From positions 1 to 17,765 of the forward strand of contig CAZVVZ010000012.1 in NCBI GenBank assembly GCA_964631135.1: 17,765 bases of DNA. The letters are read 5' to 3'. Of this stretch, positions 1 to 7,744 are shown piece after piece. How positions within the stretch are numbered: position 1 is the stretch's first letter; every line of letters begins with the position of its first letter. The translations under genes were made by a program, and so were the position numbers. The DNA is from an uncultured Eubacteriales bacterium. Lineage in GTDB: Bacteria > Bacillota > Clostridia > TANB77 > RGIG9151. The notes beneath the pieces are model-generated. The model ran no database searches. It was not told the origin of the DNA and saw nothing but the letters and a program-made list of their open reading frames with translations.

Positions 1-92
1 CCCGTATTTTTTAAAGTCTTTCGTAGCAAATCCTGAGTTCCGATAAAACATATATATTATTTTTATATAGTAGCAGGCTGAATAGTAGCCAC
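1..92 (-). repeat. Partial copy (a) of the palindromic intergenic element, cut by the window edge. Only the left arm and loop are visible, in reverse orientation.
   Basis: The reverse complement of 1-82 reads TCAGCCTG-N19-ATATATGTTTTATCGGAACTCAGGATTTGCTACGAAAGACTTTAAAAAATACGGG. Its inner 55 nt match copy c (12785-12839) at 51/55 positions, including the loop AAAAAATACGG. The 19-nt spacing between TCAGxCT and ATATATG is the same as in copies b and c. The outer block ATAGTAGCCAC (82-92) recurs at 15757-15767. Confidence 0.8.
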
Positions 93-119
93 TTTCCTTT
101 CTTACGTCGTTTTAAAAAA

Positions 120-1541
120 CTATAAAGTATATTCCTCTCCCAGCTCCTCAATTAAATACTTAATCATATTATTAGTAATGCTTGCAATTTCAGCTTTTGT
201 GAGCTGTTTTCTTGCCATCACATTACCATTTTCATCTCCATTTATTAACCCAATTTTATTTCCCATATAAATATATTTTTCTGCCCAAGAAGGTATATCC
301 GAGCTATCCGCAAAATTAAGTAGCGGTAACGGCTCCGGAGCTTTATCCTGAAATCCTAATGCATTTATAATCATTGTTATAGCTTCAGCCCTGCTTACAA
401 CGGCGCTAGGCTGGAATCTGCTGTTTCCTATACCTTCAACAACACCTGCTTCTGTTAATGCTGTTATATATTTATAATATTTATTAGTTTCCGGGACATC
501 TTTATATATTACCTTATTTTCCGTGGCAGTATTATTTGTATTCGCTTTATCACTTGTATCCAGTTTCAAAGCTAATGCCATAATCTTTGCGAATTCACCT
601 CTGGTAACCGGACTATCCGGAGTGGTGTTTTCGTCCCACTCATCCATATACTCTAGCGAAAAAGCTTGCCTTAATGCTTTTTCTCCCCAATGTCCTTTTA
701 TACCTTTTAATGAATAATTAGCTAAACGTGTTTCAACAGGAAACGATTCATATTTAAAAGAACCTTCATCGGTAACAATATAATCTAAAGCCTTAGTCCC
801 ATAAAATTCAGGCATTTCCATATAATATTTTAAAGTGCTTATATTATTTTCTGAAAGCATAAACCCACCGTCAAAGCTAATTTCTGTCGGCCTGTTAGCA
901 ATATATGAAACAACTTTTCTGTCCGTATCCGATGTTGTTGTTTTATACTTTCCCGTCCAGCTTCCTGTATCTTGAATATTTGAAACAGTATACGTCATAT
1001 TAACAGTTTCGTTTTTTGCCCATGATGTATCATATCCGTATATAGAACCTGTCCCCGTTACCTTTATCTTACCTGTATCACTTCCGTCGCTGTATTCTTT
1101 TGAAAGATTTATATTACCGGCAAAATATGTACCCACAGCTCTAACATCATCTAAACGATTTTTTGAAAAATTGTATTTATTAAGAGTATATGTTGTCCCA
1201 TTTATAGTAATAGTCTCAGCAAAGTCCTCTAACTGCCAGACTTTAGTAATCTGCCCATTAGATTTTTCACTCGAAGTTACAGAATATTTCATTTCTCTTG
1301 ATAAAGTATTTCCATTATTATCTGATAAATTGTATTTATAAGTTTCTGTTTCAGTCTTAGCTTTTTTTGACGATGTAATCTCAGCTGTTCCTTCCATAGT
1401 AATAGCTTCACCGGTTATAAAAACAACTTCCTTACAATTTAAATCATCCTGCCCAACCACATATTGAGTAATTGCAGGCTCATATGCATACGAAACTGAA
1501 AATAGTAACATACCGCATAATGCAATCAATATTTTTTTCAT
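120..1541 (-). CDS. Secreted cell-surface protein with three C-terminal SLH (S-layer homology) domains
   Basis: The N-terminus MKKILIALCGMLLFSVSYA is a typical signal peptide. The C-terminal third has three SLH-like repeats (GHWGEKALRQA...VTRGEFAKIMALAL; YKDVPETNKYYKYITALTEAGVVEG...VSRAEAITMIINAL; FADSSDIPSWAEKYIYMGNKIGLINGD...LTKAEIASI). The ORF-track start at 1553 is a TTG; the ATG at 1541 begins the signal peptide. The gene starts 13-25 nt after the upstream SLH gene, so the two are probably cotranscribed. Confidence 0.8.
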   Translation of the reverse strand: MKKILIALCGMLLFSVSYAYEPAITQYVVGQDDLNCKEVVFITGEAITMEGTAEITSSKKAKTETETYKYNLSDNNGNTLSREMKYSVTSSEKSNGQITKVWQLEDFAETITINGTTYTLNKYNFSKNRLDDVRAVGTYFAGNINLSKEYSDGSDTGKIKVTGTGSIYGYDTSWAKNETVNMTYTVSNIQDTGSWTGKYKTTTSDTDRKVVSYIANRPTEISFDGGFMLSENNISTLKYYMEMPEFYGTKALDYIVTDEGSFKYESFPVETRLANYSLKGIKGHWGEKALRQAFSLEYMDEWDENTTPDSPVTRGEFAKIMALALKLDTSDKANTNNTATENKVIYKDVPETNKYYKYITALTEAGVVEGIGNSRFQPSAVVSRAEAITMIINALGFQDKAPEPLPLLNFADSSDIPSWAEKYIYMGNKIGLINGDENGNVMARKQLTKAEIASITNNMIKYLIEELGEEYTL

Positions 1542-1566
1542 GATTTCCGTCAATCCCTTTCTTTTA

Positions 1567-4032
1567 TTACTCCGTTAGTAAAACTACTCCGGCGGTACTA
1601 GTTGCATCCAGCCTTATAGTAACAACTTCTTGATCTTTTTTAACATCACTGCTTCTTGCAAAATTTCCGTTCCTTATAAATAACGTATTAACCCCAAAAC
1701 TTACTTTTTCATCATTTGAAATTTCTAACCATTCTTCCTCTTCATAGTCAAAATATTCAACATCTTGAACAGTGAAGTCTGTGGTTGTAACTGACTTTAT
1801 ACTGCCTACCGTAATATATGGCTCATCACTAAGTCCTATAATACCTATTGAAATCGCCTCATCACCATATGCAACGACACAAACATTCTTATCTACATAA
1901 CTATCGTCAAATTCCTTAAATGTAAGTGGTTCAGTTTCACTAAAAATTCTCGTATCAGCTTTTATTGTGAAAGATGTACTTTTGTTTTTCATCTTTATCC
2001 ATTCATCATCTTCGAATCTTCCATTAACTTTAACCGATACCTCTTCGCCGGATTCCACATCTGTTATAGTTCCATAATAAACTTCTACGGTCCTTTCTTC
2101 TTCCATCTCCACACTTGTAATCATCTTTACAACATATTTCCCATCTTCATATGCAACTGTAGCTAAAACATTATCGCCTTTTTCTAATGCGGAAACTGAA
2201 ACAATTTTCCCCTCAATTACACAAACTGTAGTATTATTAGTATATAATTTTCTAGAATCATCATATAACTTTAACAGTCCGGAAGAAGAATTAAATGAAC
2301 GTATTTCTGAAATAATTGTATCATTGTCTTCTTCGAGTTCTATGTTAATAGCTTTAACTTTTTCCAAAACCATTGTGTCTTCGCGAGTTGCAATATATGC
2401 AAACTTGCCTACTTGCTTTTCACCCAATTCACTTTTTCCTATTTCTTCTCCATCATAAGTAATTTGCATATTGTCATCTAAAGGTATTGTAATAAAGCTA
2501 GATTCTGCACTTTCCCACTTTCCATTTTTCAGTACTTTCGGGTTTCTTAAAATAATTCTGTCCTGAATTAAATTTATTTCACTTATATATCCCTTATATA
2601 AGTTCTCTGCAGTCCTTTCATCCGCAACAATTTCAACTTTTATAAGTTCACTTTGTGAAGAATATATCTTCGCATATTTGCCATCAATTAAATCATCAAC
2701 ATTTATTTCGACTCCGTTTTCATATACAGGAATTCTTTTTAAATTGTACTCTTTGGAAGAATTATCACTATCCATTCTAAATGTTACGTTTAAGCCGTCT
2801 ATATCTATAATTGTTCCATACGTTATAACAGCATTTGTAACCCCTCTAATTACAACCACATCTCCTACCTCGTCAAACTCAAGATAAACGGTATCCCCCT
2901 GTAAAATATTACTTGCATTTGTTTCTTTACCATCTTTGTAAATGCTTGTCCATGATCCATACTCATAATTTTCAGTATTCCCGTTTTTATCTTTTATAGA
3001 TATTTCATAAAAATACGGACTGTTTCCAACTACTATTCCTTGTTTTGAAGCAGGCTTGGCAGTATTATCTGTAGAGCTTTCTTCATAAATTCCTTCATCT
3101 ATAACTCTTATAAATACAACTTGCTTTGATGTATCCACAAAAAACTCTATCTCATCCGAATTTTTTAATGCAGCAATTCCTGAAAGTCTGTTATTTTTTA
3201 TTACAGGAATATCTCTGTTAACACAATTTACCGTTATAGTGTTGCCATCATCATCCGTAATCTCAATGTTACTTCCATTAGTACTTTCTAAAAATCCGGA
3301 CCGCTTTGTAAGACGTAAATTTGTAAGTAAATACTCCTCACAATTCTTAAAAATCTGTGCAAATTCAGCTCTTGTAAGATTACTTTTAGGATTAAACATC
3401 TGCGATTCGTCTCCAACCATAATCCCAGCCATAGAAACAGCATCAACATGGGACACTCTTGACTCGTCGATTAAAGATTTATCCAAAAATTCTACCGGTT
3501 TTTTAGTTTCATCTGTAGATGTGGTAGGCAAACTAAAAGCCCTATATATTAGAGTCGCAACTTCTTCCCTGGTAATTGGAATATCTCTTATAAATACCCC
3601 TTTACTCTTTAGTACGTCTATATCGCCTTTAACATCTGACCTTTTATATACTATTTTTTCTGTAATTAAGCCATTATTCATAGCATACTTTATATATTTA
3701 TCCGACCAATTATTAACAATCATTTTTATATTTTCTACTTCTTTTGATTTGCCTGTTGCATTTAAGATTGTCGTAACAGCCTGTTCATTAGTAACAGCCG
3801 TAGTTGGGGAAAATGTATTAGAAGAAAAACCTTTCATTATTCCCATAGATGCAATCTGGTAAATAGCAGGTTTCGCCCAATAACCGTCTCCTTGACTAAG
3901 CACATCAGAAAAATTTATTGAACTTATTTTTGAATATCCATCTGCTAATCCGTAATATGTTATATCTGCCGCAAAACTATTGCTTATAAAGCCTAAAGCA
4001 ATAACACCGCCTACAATAATTTTTTTATTCAT
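1567..4032 (-). CDS. Large secreted cell-surface protein: signal peptide, three N-terminal SLH domains, then about 7 tandem beta-rich modules
   Basis: Signal peptide MNKKIIVGGVIALGFISNSFA. SLH-like repeats: FSDVLSQGDGYWAKPAIYQIASMGIMKGF...; WSDKYIKYAMNNGLITE...ITREEVATLIYRAF; VSHVDAVSMAGIMVGDE...LTRAEFAQIF. The remaining roughly 570 aa consist of divergent 65-85 aa modules, each starting G-x-I/V and ending V-V-x-I/V. Confidence 0.8.
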   Translation of the reverse strand: MNKKIIVGGVIALGFISNSFAADITYYGLADGYSKISSINFSDVLSQGDGYWAKPAIYQIASMGIMKGFSSNTFSPTTAVTNEQAVTTILNATGKSKEVENIKMIVNNWSDKYIKYAMNNGLITEKIVYKRSDVKGDIDVLKSKGVFIRDIPITREEVATLIYRAFSLPTTSTDETKKPVEFLDKSLIDESRVSHVDAVSMAGIMVGDESQMFNPKSNLTRAEFAQIFKNCEEYLLTNLRLTKRSGFLESTNGSNIEITDDDGNTITVNCVNRDIPVIKNNRLSGIAALKNSDEIEFFVDTSKQVVFIRVIDEGIYEESSTDNTAKPASKQGIVVGNSPYFYEISIKDKNGNTENYEYGSWTSIYKDGKETNASNILQGDTVYLEFDEVGDVVVIRGVTNAVITYGTIIDIDGLNVTFRMDSDNSSKEYNLKRIPVYENGVEINVDDLIDGKYAKIYSSQSELIKVEIVADERTAENLYKGYISEINLIQDRIILRNPKVLKNGKWESAESSFITIPLDDNMQITYDGEEIGKSELGEKQVGKFAYIATREDTMVLEKVKAINIELEEDNDTIISEIRSFNSSSGLLKLYDDSRKLYTNNTTVCVIEGKIVSVSALEKGDNVLATVAYEDGKYVVKMITSVEMEEERTVEVYYGTITDVESGEEVSVKVNGRFEDDEWIKMKNKSTSFTIKADTRIFSETEPLTFKEFDDSYVDKNVCVVAYGDEAISIGIIGLSDEPYITVGSIKSVTTTDFTVQDVEYFDYEEEEWLEISNDEKVSFGVNTLFIRNGNFARSSDVKKDQEVVTIRLDATSTAGVVLLTE

Positions 4033-4135
4033 ATTTTTCTCAACGTCCCTTCCAACCTCTCTATCGGCAAAATTCGAATCTATATTAACAAAAATGTTGT
4101 TGCTGGCCGTGCTTACAAGCCAAAATATTTAAAGC

Positions 4136-4168
4136 ACGAAAAATCGGGACGATCAAACCCGATTTTTC
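4136..4168 (-). terminator. Rho-independent terminator downstream of the carboxyltransferase gene
   Basis: The minus strand reads GAAAAATCGGG-TTTGATCGT-CCCGATTTTTCG, a 10-bp stem (4139-4148 / 4158-4167) with a T-run. It lies about 40 nt after the stop at 4208. Confidence 0.6.
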
Positions 4169-4207
4169 AATAAAAGCACTTATCAGCATTAAACATCATA
4201 CTAGCGA

Positions 4208-5605
4208 TTACACAATTGCAACTTTATTTTCAAAATCTGTAAATTCTGAATCTATACCATATTTTTTAGCACGCCTAAATTTAAAATATTCTGTTGCAAC
4301 TCCCGGGAATAATGCATACGACAAAACATCTTCGTCCTGTTCAAAAAATTCATTCATTTCTTTTCGCATATTTTCCAGCTCCGGTTGAATTCTATTAGCA
4401 GGTCTATAAGTAATGACATTATCATCCCCAAGTATTTTTTCAATTATCTCTTTAGAAATAGGCTTAGGAGTTTTCCCATATTCGCCTCTTACTAAAGCTT
4501 TTGTTTCCTTAGTAACCATCTTATATCTCTCACCCATAATAACATTTAACACAGCTTGTGTCCCTACAATTTGGCTGCTAGGTGTTACTAGCGGTGGAAA
4601 TCCCATATCTTCTCTTACCCTAGGTACTTCTTTTAAAACTTCTTCATACCTGTCTAATGCATTTTGCTGCTTAAGCTGTGAAACAAGATTAGACAGCATT
4701 CCACCCGGCACCTGGTAAATTAAAACATTTGCATCGGCAGTCATAACTTTAGCATCCAATGTACCGTTTTCAACATATTTTTCTCTAACTTTACTAAAAT
4801 AATCAGAAATTTCTCCAAGTTTTACTAGGTCCAGTCCGGTATCAAACTCCGTTCCCGAAAGTGTTGCAACAATCGCCTCTGTTGCAGGCTGAGAAGTTCC
4901 CATAGCAAAAGGAGATAGTGAAGTATCTACTATATCGCAACCTGCTTCTATAGCCTTCAGATAAGTCATAGAGCCGGTCCCGGCAGTATAATGTGTATGA
5001 AGTTCTATAGGCAAATTAACCTCTTCTTTTATTCTTTTTACTAAATCAAAAGCAGTAAAAGGAAGCAAAATTCCAGCCATATCCTTTATACAAATAGAGT
5101 CTGCGCCCATATTATAAAGTCTTTTCGCATCTTCAACAAATCCCTCTATTGTATGAACAGGACTAGTCGTATAACATATAGCCGCCTGTGCATGGCCTCC
5201 TTCTTTTTTGCAAGCTTCTATTGCAGTCTCTATATTTCTAAAATCATTTAATGCATCAAAAATCCTTATTATATCTATCCCATTAGCAATAGATTTTTTT
5301 ACAAAATACTCAACAACATCATCCGCATAATTTTTATATCCAAGCAAATTCTGCCCTCGAAGTAACATCTGAAGTTTAGTGTTTTTAACAACACTCCTAA
5401 TTTTCCTAAGTCTGTCCCAAGGGTCTTCTTTCAAAAATCTCATGCAAACATCAAAAGTAGCTCCTCCCCAGCACTCTAAAGAATTATATCCCACCTTGTC
5501 CATAAGTTCTAATGCCGGTAGCATCTCATCAGTCGTCATTCTTGTTGCAATAAGTGACTGATGCCCGTCACGAAGTATTGTTTCGGTAATTCCAATTTTT
5601 TTCAT
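4208..5605 (-). CDS. Carboxyltransferase subunit (oxaloacetate decarboxylase alpha / pyruvate carboxylase subunit B / transcarboxylase 5S family) with no biotinyl domain
   Basis: The N-terminus ITETILRDGHQSLIATRMTTDEMLPALELMDKVGYNSLECWGGATFDVCMRFLKEDPWDRLRKIR is the HMGL-like carboxyltransferase signature. It also has the metal-ligand region ELHTHYTAGTG and the PYC_OADA C-terminal region. The protein stops at 465 aa with no A-M-K-M biotinylation motif. An AAAGGAAG RBS precedes the ATG. Confidence 0.85.
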   Translation of the reverse strand: MKKIGITETILRDGHQSLIATRMTTDEMLPALELMDKVGYNSLECWGGATFDVCMRFLKEDPWDRLRKIRSVVKNTKLQMLLRGQNLLGYKNYADDVVEYFVKKSIANGIDIIRIFDALNDFRNIETAIEACKKEGGHAQAAICYTTSPVHTIEGFVEDAKRLYNMGADSICIKDMAGILLPFTAFDLVKRIKEEVNLPIELHTHYTAGTGSMTYLKAIEAGCDIVDTSLSPFAMGTSQPATEAIVATLSGTEFDTGLDLVKLGEISDYFSKVREKYVENGTLDAKVMTADANVLIYQVPGGMLSNLVSQLKQQNALDRYEEVLKEVPRVREDMGFPPLVTPSSQIVGTQAVLNVIMGERYKMVTKETKALVRGEYGKTPKPISKEIIEKILGDDNVITYRPANRIQPELENMRKEMNEFFEQDEDVLSYALFPGVATEYFKFRRAKKYGIDSEFTDFENKVAIV

Positions 5606-5623
5606 AATAATATCTTCCTTTCA

Positions 5624-6118
5624 CTAAATTCTATTATACTCAACAAAAGAAAATTTTATATTATTATCTTCATCATTTGCTATAACTTCTCTATTCCATA
5701 CATTACTACTTATTTCCGGAAAATACACATCCGCATCATCATCTTTTTCTTCAATATGTGTTATATACAATTTGTCCGCAATTTCCATAAACATTTTATA
5801 TAAAGAAGCTCCTCCAATAATAAAAATTTCATTATTAGCACTCAATTCTTTACACAAACCAATAAGTTTTTCTTTATCATCTATAACTAAAACATTTTCA
5901 TTTGTCTCTTTATTAAAACCGCCTGTTTTAGATAAAACAATATGTTTTCTGTTCGGCAGTATCTTTGGCAATGAATTAAAAGTATTCCTACCCATAACAA
6001 TTACAGAGCCTTTTGTCTTTTCACTAAAATATTTTAAATCCTTAGGTATATGCCAAATAAGGTTGTTACTTTTACCTAATTCATTGTTTTCCCCAATAGC
6101 AGCAATAATATTTATCAT
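5624..6118 (-). CDS. folA: Dihydrofolate reductase
   Basis: MINIIAAIGENNELGKSNNLIWHIPKDLKYFSEKTKGSVIVMGRNTFNSLP...IFIIGGASLY is a canonical DHFR motif set. The track start at 6139 is a TTG. The ATG at 6118 follows AGGAGAGTGCTT, and that RBS overlaps the thyA stop codon, which suggests translational coupling. Confidence 0.9.
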   Translation of the reverse strand: MINIIAAIGENNELGKSNNLIWHIPKDLKYFSEKTKGSVIVMGRNTFNSLPKILPNRKHIVLSKTGGFNKETNENVLVIDDKEKLIGLCKELSANNEIFIIGGASLYKMFMEIADKLYITHIEEKDDDADVYFPEISSNVWNREVIANDEDNNIKFSFVEYNRI

Positions 6119-6128
6119 AAGCACTCTC

Positions 6129-6974
6129 CTAAACTGCAACAGGCATAGAAATTTTACCTAAATGTTTATAATCTATCAGTTTAATATCTTTTAGCTCTTT
6201 AGAATTATCAAATGCAAAGAAATCATCTATCTCTTCATTAAGCCAAAGTTTCGGCGCAGGAAGTGCTTCGTCAATTCTTTTCATTTGCTCCTTAATTCCT
6301 TCAATTTGGTTCTCATAAATATGTGCATTATTTATTACATATGTAAATATTCCGGGCTTTAATCCGGTAACATGAGCAATTAAATGAATTAGCACCGCAT
6401 ACTGAGTAACATTAAACGGCATACCAAGCGGAACATCATTTGACCTTACATTAAGTAAGCAATTTAATTTCCCATCAGTAACGTCCCACTGTGTATTCCA
6501 AACACAAGAAGGGAGAGCTGCTGTAGCTAAAAATTCATTTTGCCATAAAGACATAACCATTCTTCTGTCATTAGGATTAGTTTTTAACGTATTGATTAAA
6601 TTCTGAGTAAGCTGATATTTATTAACAATCCACCCATATGCTGTACCAATAGTCCCTGCCCATTCTTTGCCAAAATTTTTGCCCATATACGTACCATCTT
6701 CACCAATTTCCCACTCGTTCCAAATTTTTACTCCTCTGTCTTTAAGCCAGCTAACATCATTACTTTGAGCTTGATAAATCCAAAGCAACTCCAAAACAGC
6801 ATGTTTAAAAGCAACTTGCTTAGTAGTTAAAATAGGAAATTCCTCAGATAAATCAAACTGTAAAATTTGATGAGGTAATTTATATGTCGCAATTCCAGTT
6901 CTATTTTGCACATACGTTCCTTCCGTTAAAATTTTATTGCACAAATCCAAATAAACTTTATCAAACTTAGACAT
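6129..6974 (-). CDS. thyA: Thymidylate synthase, B. subtilis ThyA / phage ThyP3-like subtype
   Basis: MSKFDKVY...[22 protein letters not shown]...RRMVMSLWQ...[10 protein letters not shown]...[16 protein letters not shown]...[17 protein letters not shown] aligns end to end with my recollection of B. subtilis ThyA. The start could be the ATG at 6974 or the one at 6980. I prefer 6974 from the GAAGGGAAG spacing and the N-terminal alignment. Confidence 0.9.
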   Translation of the reverse strand: MSKFDKVYLDLCNKILTEGTYVQNRTGIATYKLPHQILQFDLSEEFPILTTKQVAFKHAVLELLWIYQAQSNDVSWLKDRGVKIWNEWEIGEDGTYMGKNFGKEWAGTIGTAYGWIVNKYQLTQNLINTLKTNPNDRRMVMSLWQNEFLATAALPSCVWNTQWDVTDGKLNCLLNVRSNDVPLGMPFNVTQYAVLIHLIAHVTGLKPGIFTYVINNAHIYENQIEGIKEQMKRIDEALPAPKLWLNEEIDDFFAFDNSKELKDIKLIDYKHLGKISMPVAV

Positions 6975-7018
6975 AATCATCTTCCCTTCAAATTATTATT
7001 TCTATATATCACCAATTC

Positions 7019-7049
7019 ATTGTATCATAATTTATATAAAAAAACACAA
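7019..7049 (-). promoter_or_regulatory. Candidate sigma-A promoter for thyA (extended -10)
   Basis: The minus strand reads TTGTGT-N19-TACAAT with TGA just upstream of the -10 (TGATACAAT). The -35 element and spacing are poor, so the call rests on the extended -10. Confidence 0.3.
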
Positions 7050-7063
7050 CATATTATATAAAA

Positions 7064-7280
7064 AATTCCTCACAAAAAGTTACCATTCAGACTGCCGCCA
7101 CATAAAAAGAATATATATGTTTTATCGAAACTCAAAATTTACGGCGAAAAGCAAAAAATAAGGTGCATGCTTTATTGGAACTAAGTATTTGCAACGAAAG
7201 ATAAAAAAACAATCTAGAAAATCTTTCTGCAATTATTAGTTCCTTTTAAAGCATACACCTCATATTCTGTTCAGCACCAA
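7064..7280 (+). repeat. Composite copy (b) of the palindromic intergenic element: a degenerate left arm plus pseudo-loop, followed by a complete inner hairpin
   Basis: 7087-7163 (TCAGACT-N19-ATATATGTTTTATCGAAACTCAAAATTTACGGCGAAAAGC-AAAAAATAAGG) is colinear with the copy c left arm and loop. 7162-7259 is a full hairpin: GGTGCATGCTTTATTGGAACTAAGTATTTGCAACGAAAGAT / loop / ATCTTTCTGCAATTATTAGTTCCTTTTAAAGCATACACC. The left flank AAAAATTCCTCACAAAAAGTTACCAT resembles the copy c flank AAAACTCCTTAAACCGCTTACCGC. The right end CACCTCATATTCTGTTCAGCACC resembles 17097-17151 with an internal deletion. Confidence 0.75.
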
Positions 7281-7326
7281 CGTCTAATCAATAGTCAAGT
7301 CATCAGCTTCTTAAATACTCTTTTAC

Positions 7327-7656
7327 TTACGTCATCAGTTCCAAAACCTTTTCCATCAGCACACTTCTAGTCTTTCTATTCTCAATCTTAATAAGTTCAG
7401 TTCTAATTCGGTTAAGATATTCCTCTCCATTAGAGGCAAGCCACGTTCTGAATAATCTTCCGTTCGAGTTAACTACATTCTCTTCCACTTTCTCCAACAG
7501 CATTCTAAGTTCAGCGCAATCTTCATTACCGTAAATCTCAATCAGTGTTATCGCTTCCTTCAGTGAGTAGAGTTGTTGAACCTTTTCAGGAAAGATGTTG
7601 TACTCGCACAAGCTGTCATCAAAATTCGTTCGATACTTGCAATTAAAAGTATCCAT
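7327..7656 (-). CDS. Hypothetical small protein (109 aa), predicted helical, family not recognised
   Basis: The ATG at 7656 is preceded by GGGAGGTTAGAGAT. The track start at 7719 is a GTG lying inside the predicted promoter. The gene has its own promoter, and a terminator hairpin lies directly upstream. I recognise no motifs (MDTFNCKYRTNFDDSLCEYNIF...). Confidence 0.55.
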   Translation of the reverse strand: MDTFNCKYRTNFDDSLCEYNIFPEKVQQLYSLKEAITLIEIYGNEDCAELRMLLEKVEENVVNSNGRLFRTWLASNGEEYLNRIRTELIKIENRKTRSVLMEKVLELMT

Positions 7657-7670
7657 ATCTCTAACCTCCC

Positions 7671-7735
7671 AAAAAAATAGTAGATTAACGTGTAATTTAC
7701 CAACATCAATATTATACACGATTTCTACTATTTTT
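7671..7735 (-). terminator. Long hairpin plus U-tract after ftsK (intrinsic terminator), ending immediately before the RBS of the orphan ORF
   Basis: There is a 12-bp perfect inverted repeat, AAAAATAGTAGA (7673-7684) / TCTACTATTTTT (7724-7735). An inner 8-bp stem, CGTGTAAT / ATTA(TA)CACG, carries a 2-nt bulge. On the minus strand the 3' arm runs into TTTTTTT and then GGGAGG. Confidence 0.5.
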
Positions 7736-7738
7736 CAA
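7711..7738 (-). promoter_or_regulatory. Sigma-A promoter for the orphan ORF, embedded in the 5' arm of the ftsK terminator hairpin
   Basis: The minus strand reads TTGAAA (7733-7738), a 16-nt spacer, then TATAAT (7711-7716). Both hexamers are near consensus. Confidence 0.5.
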
Positions 7739-7744
7739 GAGTTT

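Noticed and set aside
3239-3862. A 207-aa plus-strand ORF, along with other long antisense ORFs in the track (523-717, 2678-2887, 4413-4718, 5379-5561, 5772-6161, 8297-8545, 8700-9098, 9807-10139, 10109-10477, 13984-14268, 14406-14774, 15530-15715).
   Set aside because: All lie entirely opposite well-supported genes, lack RBSs, and have low-complexity S/L/I/F-rich translations typical of shadow frames in AT-rich coding DNA.
4091-4106. AAAATGTTGTTGCTGG resembles the spacer AAAATGTTGCTGTTCAG at 17133-17149 next to a solo element end.
   Set aside because: Only a 9-mer plus a few bases are shared, no TCAGACT end or hairpin arm is nearby, and the similarity is too short to distinguish from chance.
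5561-5803. An 80-aa plus-strand ORF spanning the folA/carboxyltransferase junction, and similar small ORFs at 7595-7795 and 16874-17056.
   Set aside because: They overlap real genes or promoters on the other strand, their translations are dominated by I/F/N/K, and they have no RBS.
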